NCBI RefSeq assembly: GCF_001194135.2
Contig: NC_068997.1
Span: 48,674,022-48,725,935 of the forward strand
Direction of reading: 5' to 3'
DNA: 51,914 nucleotides
From: Octopus bimaculoides
Taxonomy: Eukaryota
Shown here: piece by piece, positions 14,539 through 26,321 of the stretch
How the letters are laid out: every line of letters begins with the position of its first letter
Numbering within the stretch: the stretch's first letter is position 1
The notes under the pieces: model-generated
Database searches by the model: none
What the model was told of the DNA's origin: nothing
Seen by the model: only the letters and a program-made list of their open reading frames with translations
Translations under genes and position numbers: made by a program

Positions 14539-17500
14539 AATATATATATATATATATACGAGGGCTTCTTTCAGTTTCCACTCACAAGGCTTTGGTCGGC
14601 CCGAGATTATAATGGAAGACACTTGCCCAAGGTACTACGCACTGGGACTGATCCCGGAACCATGTAGTTGGGAAGCAAGCTTCTTACCACACAGCCACAC
14701 ACACACACNNNNNNNNNNNNNNNNNNNNNNNNNNNNNNNNNNNNNNNNNNNNNNNNNNNNNNNNNNNNNNNNNNNNNNNNNNNNNNNNNNNNNNNNNNNN
14801 NNNNNNNNNNNNNNNNNNNNNNNNNNNNNNNNNNNNNNNNNNNNNNNNNNNNNNNNNNNNNNNNNNNNNNNNNNNNNNNNNNNNNNNNNNNNNNNNNNNN
14901 NNNNNNNNNNNNNNNNNNNNNNNNNNNNNNNNNNNNNNNNNNNNNNNNNNNNNNNNNNNNNNNNNNNNNNNNNNNNNNNNNNNNNNNNNNNNNNNNNNNN
15001 NNNNNNNNNNNNNNNNNNNNNNNNNNNNNNNNNNNNNNNNNNNNNNNNNNNNNNNNNNNNNNNNNNNNNNNNNNNNNNNNNNNNNNNNNNNNNNNNNNNN
15101 NNNNNNNNNNNNNNNNNNNNNNNNNNNNNNNNNNNNNNNNNNNNNNNNNNNNNNNNNNNNNNNNNNNNNNNNNNNNNNNNNNNNNNNNNNNNNNNNNNNN
15201 NNNNNNNNNNNNNNNNNNNNNNNNNNNNNNNNNNNNNNNNNNNNNNNNNNNNNNNNNNNNNNNNNNNNNNNNNNNNNNNNNNNNNNNNNNNNNNNNNNNN
15301 NNNNNNNNNNNNNNNNNNNNNNNNNNNNNNNNNNNNNNNNNNNNNNNNNNNNNNNNNNNNNNNNNNNNNNNNNNNNNNNNNNNNNNNNNNNNNNNNNNNN
15401 NNNNNNNNNNNNNNNNNNNNNNNNNNNNNNNNNNNNNNNNNNNNNNNNNNNNNNNNNNNNNNNNNNACCTAAAGCACCACGAAGCTCCGGCAGGGGATGG
15501 TGGCGAACCCTGCTGTACTCTTTCACCACAACTTTCACTCTTCTGTTGTGCCTGTAATTCAAAGGGTCAGCCTTGTCACACTGTGTCACGCGGAATATCC
15601 CCGAGAACTACGTTAAGGGTAGACGTGTCTGTGGAATGCTCAGCCACTTACACGTTAATTTCACGAGCAGGCTGTTCCGTTGATCGGATCAACTGGAACC
15701 CTCGACGTCGTAAGCGACGGAGTGCCAACAACCTCTAAACCAATGTGAAAGTCGAAGTTTGAAAATTCAGTACTTTTACGTAACACGATACTCGATTCGT
15801 GCAAGGAAGCAATGATTTCCAACTCTCCCTGCCCCAAGAACAGCGCACAAAACAACTACAGTACATTACAATACCAACATCATAAAAGTCTGAAAATAAT
15901 ACTTACTAGAGTGTTAGCCCGGCCACCTGAAACAGATATATATACATACATATATCAACTTATAAAGACATACGTGATTATACACATACACACACATATA
16001 TATATATGCGTATGTGTTTATATAAATAAATATATACATATATAAGAATAAAGGATAAAATTTCTTCAAAAAATGTATCGGTGGCCAGCATATAAAAAAT
16101 AGATCATATATATAATTATAATTGAAGGCATAGAAAAAAATTTCTAGCCTCTATGCAAAAAATAGACGCTAAATCGTCTCAACACTTAAAAATTCACAAA
16201 GTTACACACGTGTTGAAATCGAGGGTGCAGGCTAACGGAAATTAATAACAATATAGATAGCCTTGGATTAACTAATTTCTGGATTTGCCCCATGGCTTTT
16301 CTTTCTTTAGCAGGACACATATTTATACATACCCACAGGAAAGCAAACACAAATCCATACCTTCTTATCTTTTTATTGCCCACGAGAGGACAAACAAGGA
16401 CAGACAAAGGGATTAAGTCGATTACATCTACCCCAGTGCGTAACTGGTACTTATTTAATCGACCCCGAAAGGATGAAAAGCAAAGTCAACCTCGGCGGAA
16501 TTTGAACTCAGAACGTAACGGCAGACGAAATACTGCTAAGCATTTCGCCCCGTGGGTTAACGTTTCTTATTTCTTTATTGCCCACAAGGGGCTAAACATA
16601 GAGGGGACAAACAAGGACAGACAAAGGGACTAAGTTGATTACATCGACCCCAGTGCGTAACTGGTACTTAATTTATCGACCCCGAAAGGATGAGAGGCAA
16701 AGTCAACCTCGGCGGAATTTGAACTCAGAACGTAACGGCAAACGAAAATACTGCTAAGCATTTAGCCCCGTGGGGTAACGTTTCTGCCAGCTCACCGTCT
16801 TCTTACCACACAACCATATAAATACCCCAGATACTTCCAACACTAAATTTCGTAGCTTACCTCGGCATATGCGTCTTCGGTCGTAATAGCACATAGGCAG
16901 CTATGCTGCCACTGCGACCGAATACGCTCGTGTTGAGGTAAGCTGCGAAATTTATTGTTGCGGGTATCTGGGGTATTTATATGTAGTTATGGTGACTTTG
17001 CATTTGTTGATTCAACAATGTGGAGAAAAATATTAAAATAACTGTGGTCTCTTTGTTTCAACAATATTATATATGAGAAGGCATCTTGCTTAAAACGTTA
17101 ATACGTTTTGATGCTTGTTAGTAATGTCTTATAACAGAAAAGGTCTACTTACTTATTCTTGATTGGCAGTTCATATAATCCTTTAAAAGAGAAACAGACA
17201 GTGGAATATATTTACTTATTGTTAAAACGAGATGTAATATTAATTTCAGGCGAATTCAGAATATGCAAAGAAGAATATAAGAAACAAAACAATTAAATCA
17301 TGACAGAGTTATCACCTTTAAAAAAAAGTCAGATTTACTACACCCTAATGCCAGATAGATAGATAGATAGATAGATAGATACATACATACATACATACAT
17401 ACATACATACATACATAAATACATACATATATATTTCGTTTTTGGATTTGGTCTGCAAGATTCTTTATGTGAGTTCGTGTGTTGAAGCATATTCTGTTGC

Positions 17501-19749
17501 GTGGGGAGAGTCATTCTCTTTTGGTGCCTTATAATTTAACACACTCACCGTTAAAATTTCCATGTGTTTCTTTTTTTATTTTTCTAAAATTTTCGTTGCG
17601 TCTTGCAACCTTTTCAATAGTTTTGAAACTCAAAACTATTGAAAAGGTTGCAAGACGCAACGAAACTTTAAAAAAAAATTAAAAAAAGAAGCAAGTGGAA
17701 ATTTTTCCGATGAGTGTGTTAAATTACAAGGCACCAAAAGAGAATGACTCTCCCCAGACACAATAGAATATACATACATATAGATATATAACTACGAGGG
17801 GATACCCAAAAGTAACCGGAAATGTTCACTGTGGGACAAGCCCATTATTGTTTAGGCTTTTGCCGCGAGAAGCCAGTTGATGAGACCCTCAAGCATCAGT
17901 CTGCCGACTTGCGTCATTGTTTGGGGTTGTACTACAAAGTGGAGCGCCTTTATTTTACAGTTCTTCTCCCCTGTTCGTCGAATTTTGCGATGACTGAAAC
18001 GAAGGAACAGCGTGCTTCCATGGAACTCTGACCATAACCCTGACCCTAAGTTGGTCTCTTGCCTTTTAAAACCCTCTTTCTTCTTCTCTTTCTAATCTAC
18101 AGTCTATTCTGAAGAAGGACTCTCCCCGAAGCAACAAAACAATTAACTGCTCCCGTAAACTTACTCTGTCTATTTTACCTCCTATTTTATCTTTTTATTC
18201 TACGGTATATACATAATGAGTAGGCGTATTTACAGGTAATTAGTGATCAGGTTAGAGGGGGATATCTAGAAATCCAACGTCAAACAAAGGTGGAAGAAAT
18301 TCAAACAAACACGAGTTGGCTATAAGCAATGTACCGGTCGACTAATAGAAGTACGTTAAATAATGGATGAACAGGCGGTTGTTAAAGGCATCAAATCATT
18401 TATGAAATAGTTATGCAGAATAAAGAAGTGAGTATAAATAATATTAAGGAGGAAACAGGAACATCAGGAGAGCGAAAGTTCACTGTAGACTTCATGTGTA
18501 TGATGATATTCTGAAAGTCAATACTTTAATATTACGGATAAAAATATGAAAGAATCCGTAAAGTTCTAGGTACTTGTTGTTCATAGACAGGAAGATACAA
18601 GGCGCACTTCTAAAGGTTTGAAACATTTTTGAGAGAGGCATTTATTGATTTCAAAGAAGTACAAAACTCTAATCTCCTTCGAAGTAGGATTCTCTGACTT
18701 CAATGCACTTTTTGTAGGGATTCAGCCATGATGTAAAATGGTGCTAGGTATTATATATGAAAGTCCGCCATATTATTGCTATAGTCAGCGTTTCAACATT
18801 AAGAACATCGTACACGGAGGCTTACAGTGAATATGCCTTGCATAGTCTAATTGCGAACAGCAGGTTAATTAGGGATACTATAGGGATGAACTTAAATACT
18901 TTATTACAGCTTAGCGCTTTACTGTGGCTATTGTCACACTAGAAGTATCGTATACTCCTACTACAACCTTTCGAAAATATTGAAAATAATACTCACATTT
19001 TCGGTTCCGTCATCTCCGCTCGGTAGAGCTGAAAAAAAAAGAAGAAATACATAAATATATCAAATACACACTATAACACATTCAGTTCTATGGATAAATA
19101 TATTTCGTGTGACAGGCTAAGTCATGAACTTTACAACCTTTATGGTTTCTACGGCTGGATTCCTTTCCCACGCCAATCATTTTACAGAATGTGTTATGTG
19201 CTTTTATCTGGTACCACACGAGCGTTTTTATGTGGCACCGGCACGAATGCTTTTTACGTGGTACTGACAGAAGACTCTTACAGGCCAATCACCTTCACCT
19301 GGGAGAGTGGGCTTAGCACTTCTGCCGTGTGGTACGGGTCTTCTTGGGAAGACCAGGTGGTGCAGCAAAGCGATAGTAATTAGTTCTTAATATATGCAGT
19401 AATTGTATCATTTTTGAGATAGATTGCCATGGCCTTTATGGTGTATGTCTTTGACATCTCTGTTCGTAGAGTGAGCGCTTAGCTGGCGCGAAGTATCTAG
19501 GACGCTTGTGGACGACACTCGTGTGCAAAAGATTTGATGGTGTTAACTATATAGAAATGGGTTTCAATAGAGGTAGATGTTCTTAGCTCGAGGTCTGCTT
19601 TAAAGAATCATCGAACCTCTATTGAAACCCATTTCTATATAGTTAACACCATCATATCTTTTGCACACGAGTGCAATTGAGTACTGGGGTCGATGTGATC
19701 GATTATCCCCTCTCCACAGATTCTAGCCATTGTGCTTATAGTAGAAAAG

Positions 19750-19785
<36 letters not shown>

Positions 19786-22530
19786 GAAGTTGCAGCCAGA
19801 AGAACATAGTTATTGAAATTGAAATAATATTTTTGTCAGATACACGAGGACAAGTTGAGTGTCTCATACTAGGACCATGCTTACAGGGAATAAAATAAAT
19901 AGTACGCAAGATATGCATTTTTCTTTACAAAAACAGAAACGAAGGGCTGAAAAAGAAAAACAGTAGGAAATTTTGGACGCTTACACTGCCATTTCTTCTC
20001 CCTGGCATAAACTATTCTTCTACTTTCAAGTGTAGGGGCAGATTTTCTATCGACTGGAAAAGAAATAGTAAGGAATTTTTAAAAAAAATCTGTTATATGC
20101 AACAGAAGCAGTATTAGATTCAAATAGATATTTGTGTATCATACTTAATGTAAATACATCGCGAAAAATCAAATTTACAATCTTGTAGTATATAGCTTGC
20201 ATTACAGACATGAATTCTCTGAATTTCATGTCGGTATTAGGTGTAGAGAGACATTGGGGCCAATTTGTTTGATGATCTTTTTCGCAATTGATTTCCAGTT
20301 TGCTTTATAGAAGTCCAGATTGGTTAGATTTTAAATGCTTTACGTAGGCTGCATGTCTGCGGGTTTCTTTAGTCTATAAATGCTCAGCTCTATTATATTG
20401 TAATCCGAGACTAGCGTCGGTGTCTTTCATTTTCTTCGCCAACGAAATGCAGAAAAGGTATGATATACGGCTAATTACTTCTAAAGTGTATATGAGAAAA
20501 AAATGAACTAACGTGAAGCGTTAATTTGCTCAATGGTTAATATATTATAATTTAGAATGTTTACTTACATATACCGGGACCCTAGAAACGAAAAAAATAT
20601 ATAACAAAGAATATATTAATTTGCAGCGAGGTCAGCGAAAAATAACCGAAAAAAAAAAAAGAAAGCAAAACAGAAAACAAAATAGAAACCGAAACTATTG
20701 ACACAATTTAAATTAATTCTTTCGTTTTTAAAAATTTGATGTATTATGGGATGCGCAAAATATATTTCCCTTGTATCCATGTATTATAATTAATACACAT
20801 TCCCATTTAATTTTGACCTCAGGAGTAGCTAAAAGCAGAGCTTTATATAACTTTCAACGAAACAAGGTACATGCGACGATCACGTGCTACACACCTGCAT
20901 TCCAGGCACAGCTGTAAATAGCAGAAGTGAGCTAGAACATTAAACCTTAGTACACATGCACTGTAGAGATCAAGGTCAATTTTTGCCCACGATGGGCTTC
21001 ACTGCACGTGTTTTAGTTTCGTTACTATGGCAACAGCGAGGATAGTTATTGAACAGTCCTCGTATATATATATTTATACGGTGAAACTTAATTTAATTAT
21101 AAATTTTGCTGAATTGAATTTAATTGAGTTTTTACCTGTAAATTTGGATTTTTATCCTTAATATTATATATATATATGTAATGGATAATAAAACAAATGG
21201 TTTACACCTGGTAGCTTACAGGTAAAGCACGGTCACTTTCAGAGTGATCGTTAGGTAAATAACAAATGAAAGAAAGACAGAAGAGAAGTCGATGCTAGAT
21301 GTGTCGAAACGATTGTTGTTATTAATAATATATTCTCGTATATACTCCATCTTCTGCCTTTCATTCGTNNNNNNNNNNNNNNNNNNNNNNNNNNNNNNNN
21401 NNNNNNNNNNNNNNNNNNNNNNNNNNNNNNNNNNNNNNNNNNNNNNNNNNNNNNNNNNNNNNNNNNNNNNNNNNNNNNNNNNNNNNNNNNNNNNNNNNNN
21501 NNNNNNNNNNNNNNNNNNNNNNNNNNNNNNNNNNNNNNNNNNNNNNNNNNNNNNNNNNNNNNNNNNNNNNNNNNNNNNNNNNNNNNNNNNNNNNNNNNNN
21601 NNNNNNNNNNNNNNNNNNNNNNNNNNNNNNNNNNNNNNNNNNNNNNNNNNNNNNNNNNNNNNNNNNNNNNNNNNNNNNNNNNNNNNNNNNNNNNNNNNNN
21701 NNNNNNNNNNNNNNNNNNNNNNNNNNNNNNNNNNNNNNNNNNNNNNNNNNNNNNNNNNNNNNNNNNNNNNNNNNNNNNNNNNNNNNNNNNNNNNNNNNNN
21801 NNNNNNNNNNNNNNNNNNNNNNNNNNNNNNNNNNNNNNNNNNNNNNNNNNNNNNNNNNNNNNNNNNNNNNNNNNNNNNNNNNNNNNNNNNNNNNNNNNNN
21901 NNNNNNNNNNNNNNNNNNNNNNNNNNNNNNNNNNNNNNNNNNNNNNNNNNNNNNNNNNNNNNNNNNNNNNNNNNNNNNNNNNNNNNNNNNNNNNNNNNNN
22001 NNNNNNNNNNNNNNNNNNNNNNNNNNNNNNNNNNNNNNNNNNNNNNNNNNNNNNNNNNNNNNNNNNNNNNNNNNNNNNNNNNNNNNNNNNNNNNNNNNNN
22101 NNNNNNNNNNNNNNNNNNNNNNNNNNNNNNNNNNNNNNNNNNNNNNNNNNNNNNNNNNNNNNNNNNNNNNNNTGATCTCATATCAAGATAAACAACTCAT
22201 GACCTTGCAGGTGGGGCCCAGTTAGAATTTTCTTCAGGTCGAGTAACCCGTCCCGCTCAAAAGGTTCCTGAATAAGATTTGTTTAAGGATGTTGAGCAAA
22301 ACACCCATGTTTCCAAAGGTGAATTATTCAAACCCCAAAGAATTCCTCTCAACACATGGCTATGATGCTCCCCCACTACTTCTGCTCATGATCAGAGATG
22401 CACATATCATCAGCCACCAAGGGACATGCTCAACTGGTTAAGGCCAAACAAGTGACAAGCAAATCTGTGGTATTGAGCAGAATATTTATTATTATTATTA
22501 TTTAGCCCTTGTGGCCAATAAAACGAATTA

Positions 22531-22587
<57 letters not shown>

Positions 22588-24609
22588 TCTCCCGTCGCTA
22601 CGTTCTAAGTTCAAATTTCACCGAGGTCGACATTCGGGATCGATTAACTAAGTACCAGTTACGCACTGGGGTCAGTGTAATCGACTTACTACCTCCCCGC
22701 AAATTTCAAGCCGTGTCCCTATTGTTATTATTATTATTAGTATTATTATTATTAGTAGTAGTATTATTATTATTAAATCTGCATACTTGTTACAATCCCT
22801 TGTCGAGAAACACCCAGTGCAAGTGAAGGATAAGTGATGTTACAGTATGACTGAAAGTTTAGGAAAGGAAAATGGCAGGACCAGTAGCGAAATATCTTCA
22901 TGTAATATAGCACAGACATTTAAATTGATAAGGTTTTTCTAAGGATGTGGGCGCTACTTGTTAACACAAACTTTTGGACTTCTCTAAGACATGGTTCTCC
23001 TGGGATATTATCTATATATTTCGGGCGTCCCTTTCTTATCATACCTAGGGTACCCACAATAACAAGAACAGTTCTCTACATGTTTTGTATTTCAATTTCC
23101 AGGTCCTTATATTTACTTAATTTGTTACATTCATTTACAGATACACTTGTTATCAGTGGGAACACTTGCTTCTATTAGCATACAAGTATTTTCTTCCCTG
23201 TCTTTAATGACTATGTCTGGTCGATTAGTCTAAATCGTTCTGTCGGTGTTGACTGGAAAATTCCAGAGGATAGTGACATTTTTACCTTCAACGACTGGCT
23301 CAGGATAATGTATGCTAGTAAGCAGGAGTGTTGATTTTGTAGTGTCTACATATTTTCCGATGTCCTACTGTCCTACCCCATCGCGGCTATTTTTCTATTC
23401 GTTTGGTGTAAGTAAAGGCATCTTGAAACGGGATGGTCTATTATTTCGTCAAATGTATCGCAGAATCTGCATTTACAGTCAGAACCGTTTGGAAAAACGT
23501 TAGCCTGCTGGTTTTTGGTAAGCAAGCTTTGATATTTTGCTGTCAATTGCTTTCAGTCCTGAGCTTCTCAGCTACTGATGGATTGTTGCTTGGTCTACAT
23601 TTTGCAAAGATTCAGCGCTGAGCTACTGAAATAAATACCTCGTTGTGTCGTATGTTCCGCTCAGTAACACAAATTTGCTTGCCAGTTGCTTGACCTTAAC
23701 CACTTGAACATGTCCGTTAGTGGCAGACAATATGTGCATCTCTGATCCTGAGCAGGCGTAGTGGGGGAGCATCATAGGCATGTGTTGAGAGGGTTTCTTT
23801 GAGATTTGAACAAATGTAATAAAAGCAAAGTTTGAAGGAAATATTAGCCATTTTTCATCCTTTCTAGGGGAAAGCAAATAGGAAATAACAGTTGCAACCA
23901 AAGAACAAAAATCGTGTTCCACAGTATTATCAGTTACTTATTTCGTTCTTGTAATTGATCTGCACGATTCTTAATGTGAACACGTGTGTTGAAATATATT
24001 TGGGTGTATCTGAGGAGGGTCATTATGCAAATAATAAACACACATCTCAGGTTCTATTCGCGCTTCTATGTACTTTTTAATCTGTCAATTGGTTAAATAT
24101 CAAACCAATTGTTTGTTTAATCGTTCGGTTGCTTAATCAATCAGCTAAATTTGTTAAAGCCATCGTCATTACTGACCTCGCCAATGTCATGCCCACTTAA
24201 ATCCACATCTGTCTCAAATCCGAGCGCGCGCGCGTATGCGTTTATTTGCATAATGACCTCCCAAGATACAACAAAATTAGTTACTTAAGCTAGCAGGAAA
24301 ATTATTTCTGTCAACTTACTGTTGAGGATGTTGTCTTTTGCGACAGAATTTGTGATTTCTTTGGGAGAGTTTTTCTCTGAATAGAGATACAAATTTTCCA
24401 AGAAGTTGTCCATCATTACATCTGGGGTTACCATTGTCAACATTGATGTGAATATTGCTTCGGGACTGCCTTCACGATGAATGCAGAATGTCTTCCGTCC
24501 ACTGAGACCTTCTAAATAACAAAAAAAAAATCACTCAGTATGAAAAGATGGTATACATCGAACACAATTAAATTTGTAGGAAAATAGAGCACAAAAACAT
24601 AATATTAAC

Positions 24610-24640
<31 letters not shown>

Positions 24641-26279
24641 GTAGTAGTAGTAGTAGTAGTAGTAGTAATAATAATCCTTTTTTATTAAAGGCACAAGGCC
24701 TGAAATCCGGGGATGGAGAGAGGACTAGTCAATTACATCGGCACCGGCGGTGTTTCACTCGACTCGAAAGGATAAAAAGTAAAGTCGACCTCGCTGAAGG
24801 TTGAACTCAGAATGCAAGAATGGACGACGTGCTGCTAAGTACTTTGTCCGGCAAGCTAACGATTGTGCCAGATCGTCGCCTTTAACAACAACAACAACAA
24901 CAGCGATAATAATAATAATCCTTTCTATTGTAGGCACGAGGCCTGAAATTTGTGGGGACGGGGATAGTTGAAGGTATCGACTACGGTACTCAACTGGAAC
25001 TTAATTTATCGACCCAGAAAGGATAAAAGGTAAAGTCGATCTCGGTGGAATTCGAACTCAGAAAGTACAGACAGACGAAATACCGCTAAGATTTATGCTC
25101 GGCGGGCTAACGATTCTACCAGATCACCACCTCAATAATAATTTCTACTTGAGGCACAAAGCCATGAAAATTTGGGGGGAAGGGGGCTAATCGATTACAT
25201 CAACTCCAATGCATAACTGGTACTTATTTCATTGACCCCGAAAGGATGAAAAGCAAAATCGACTTCGGTGGAATTTGAACTCAGAACGTAGCGACAGACG
25301 AAATATCGCTAAGCATTTCACCCGGCGTGCTAACGTTTCTGTCAGATCGCTGCCTTAATAATGATAAGTAAAATGGCAATTTTGCAAAAAGAGAGACCGA
25401 TAGAATAAGTACCAGATGTGGAAAAAAAAAAAGCATTGAGGTCAATACGTTTCGACCAAACTCATTCAAGGTGGTGCACCATTATGACCGCCGTCAAATG
25501 ACTCTAACAAGTAAAAGATAGCAGATTAATGGTAGAAATGAAGATTCGGATGTACAGATGAGTAAAATCGAAGAGACTAACTCTGACTTGTTATCATAGA
25601 GGTTTTCACCTGGACACATAAACGCGGAGTGATTGAAGATATAGATGAGATAATGGAAGCCGTATTACGTACTATAATTTACTTACCCGGCATTTCAGCA
25701 GAGAAAATACTGGAGGTCACCTTTTGGGCTGGTATAGCTTCTTCAATTTCGTTTACTTTAACATGAATCTTCTCATCGACATCTATGTTAAATATGATAA
25801 AAATCGTCGACTGGCCCTTTGAAGAAAAAAAGTCGTACGTGTATATGCAGGAGTATATATGCAGATGTAGGCGTGACTATGGGGTAAGAAGCTTGCTTCC
25901 CAACCACATGTTTCAGGGTTTAGTCTCACGGCGTGATACCCTGGGCAAGTGTCTTCTGCTAGGAGCCTCGAACTGACCAAAGCTTTGTGAGTGGATTTGG
26001 CAGACGGAAACTGAAAGAAGCCCGTCGTATATGTGTATATGTATATATGTATATACCTATGTGTGTGCGTCTTTGTCTGTATTTGACCCCAACACAACTT
26101 GACAACCGGTGTTGGTATGTTTACATCCCCGTAACTTAGCGGTTCGGCAAAAGTGAGCTGTAGGATAAGTACCAGGCTTAAAAAAAGAATAAGTGTTGGG
26201 GGTCAATACATTCAACTAAAAATTTCTTCAAGGCGGTGCCCCAGCATGACCGCAGTCAAATGACTGAAACAAGTAATAT

Positions 26280-26321
<42 letters not shown>

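Noticed and set aside
18032-18050. TAACCCTGACCCTAA telomere-like motif
   Set aside because: Only about two degenerate units; expected by chance or inside a repeat.
19885-19946. 62-nt open segment with AG/GT borders ([10 protein letters not shown]...)
   Set aside because: It would need a 38-nt intron after the 69-nt exon; probably too short, and the peptide looks like intron sequence.
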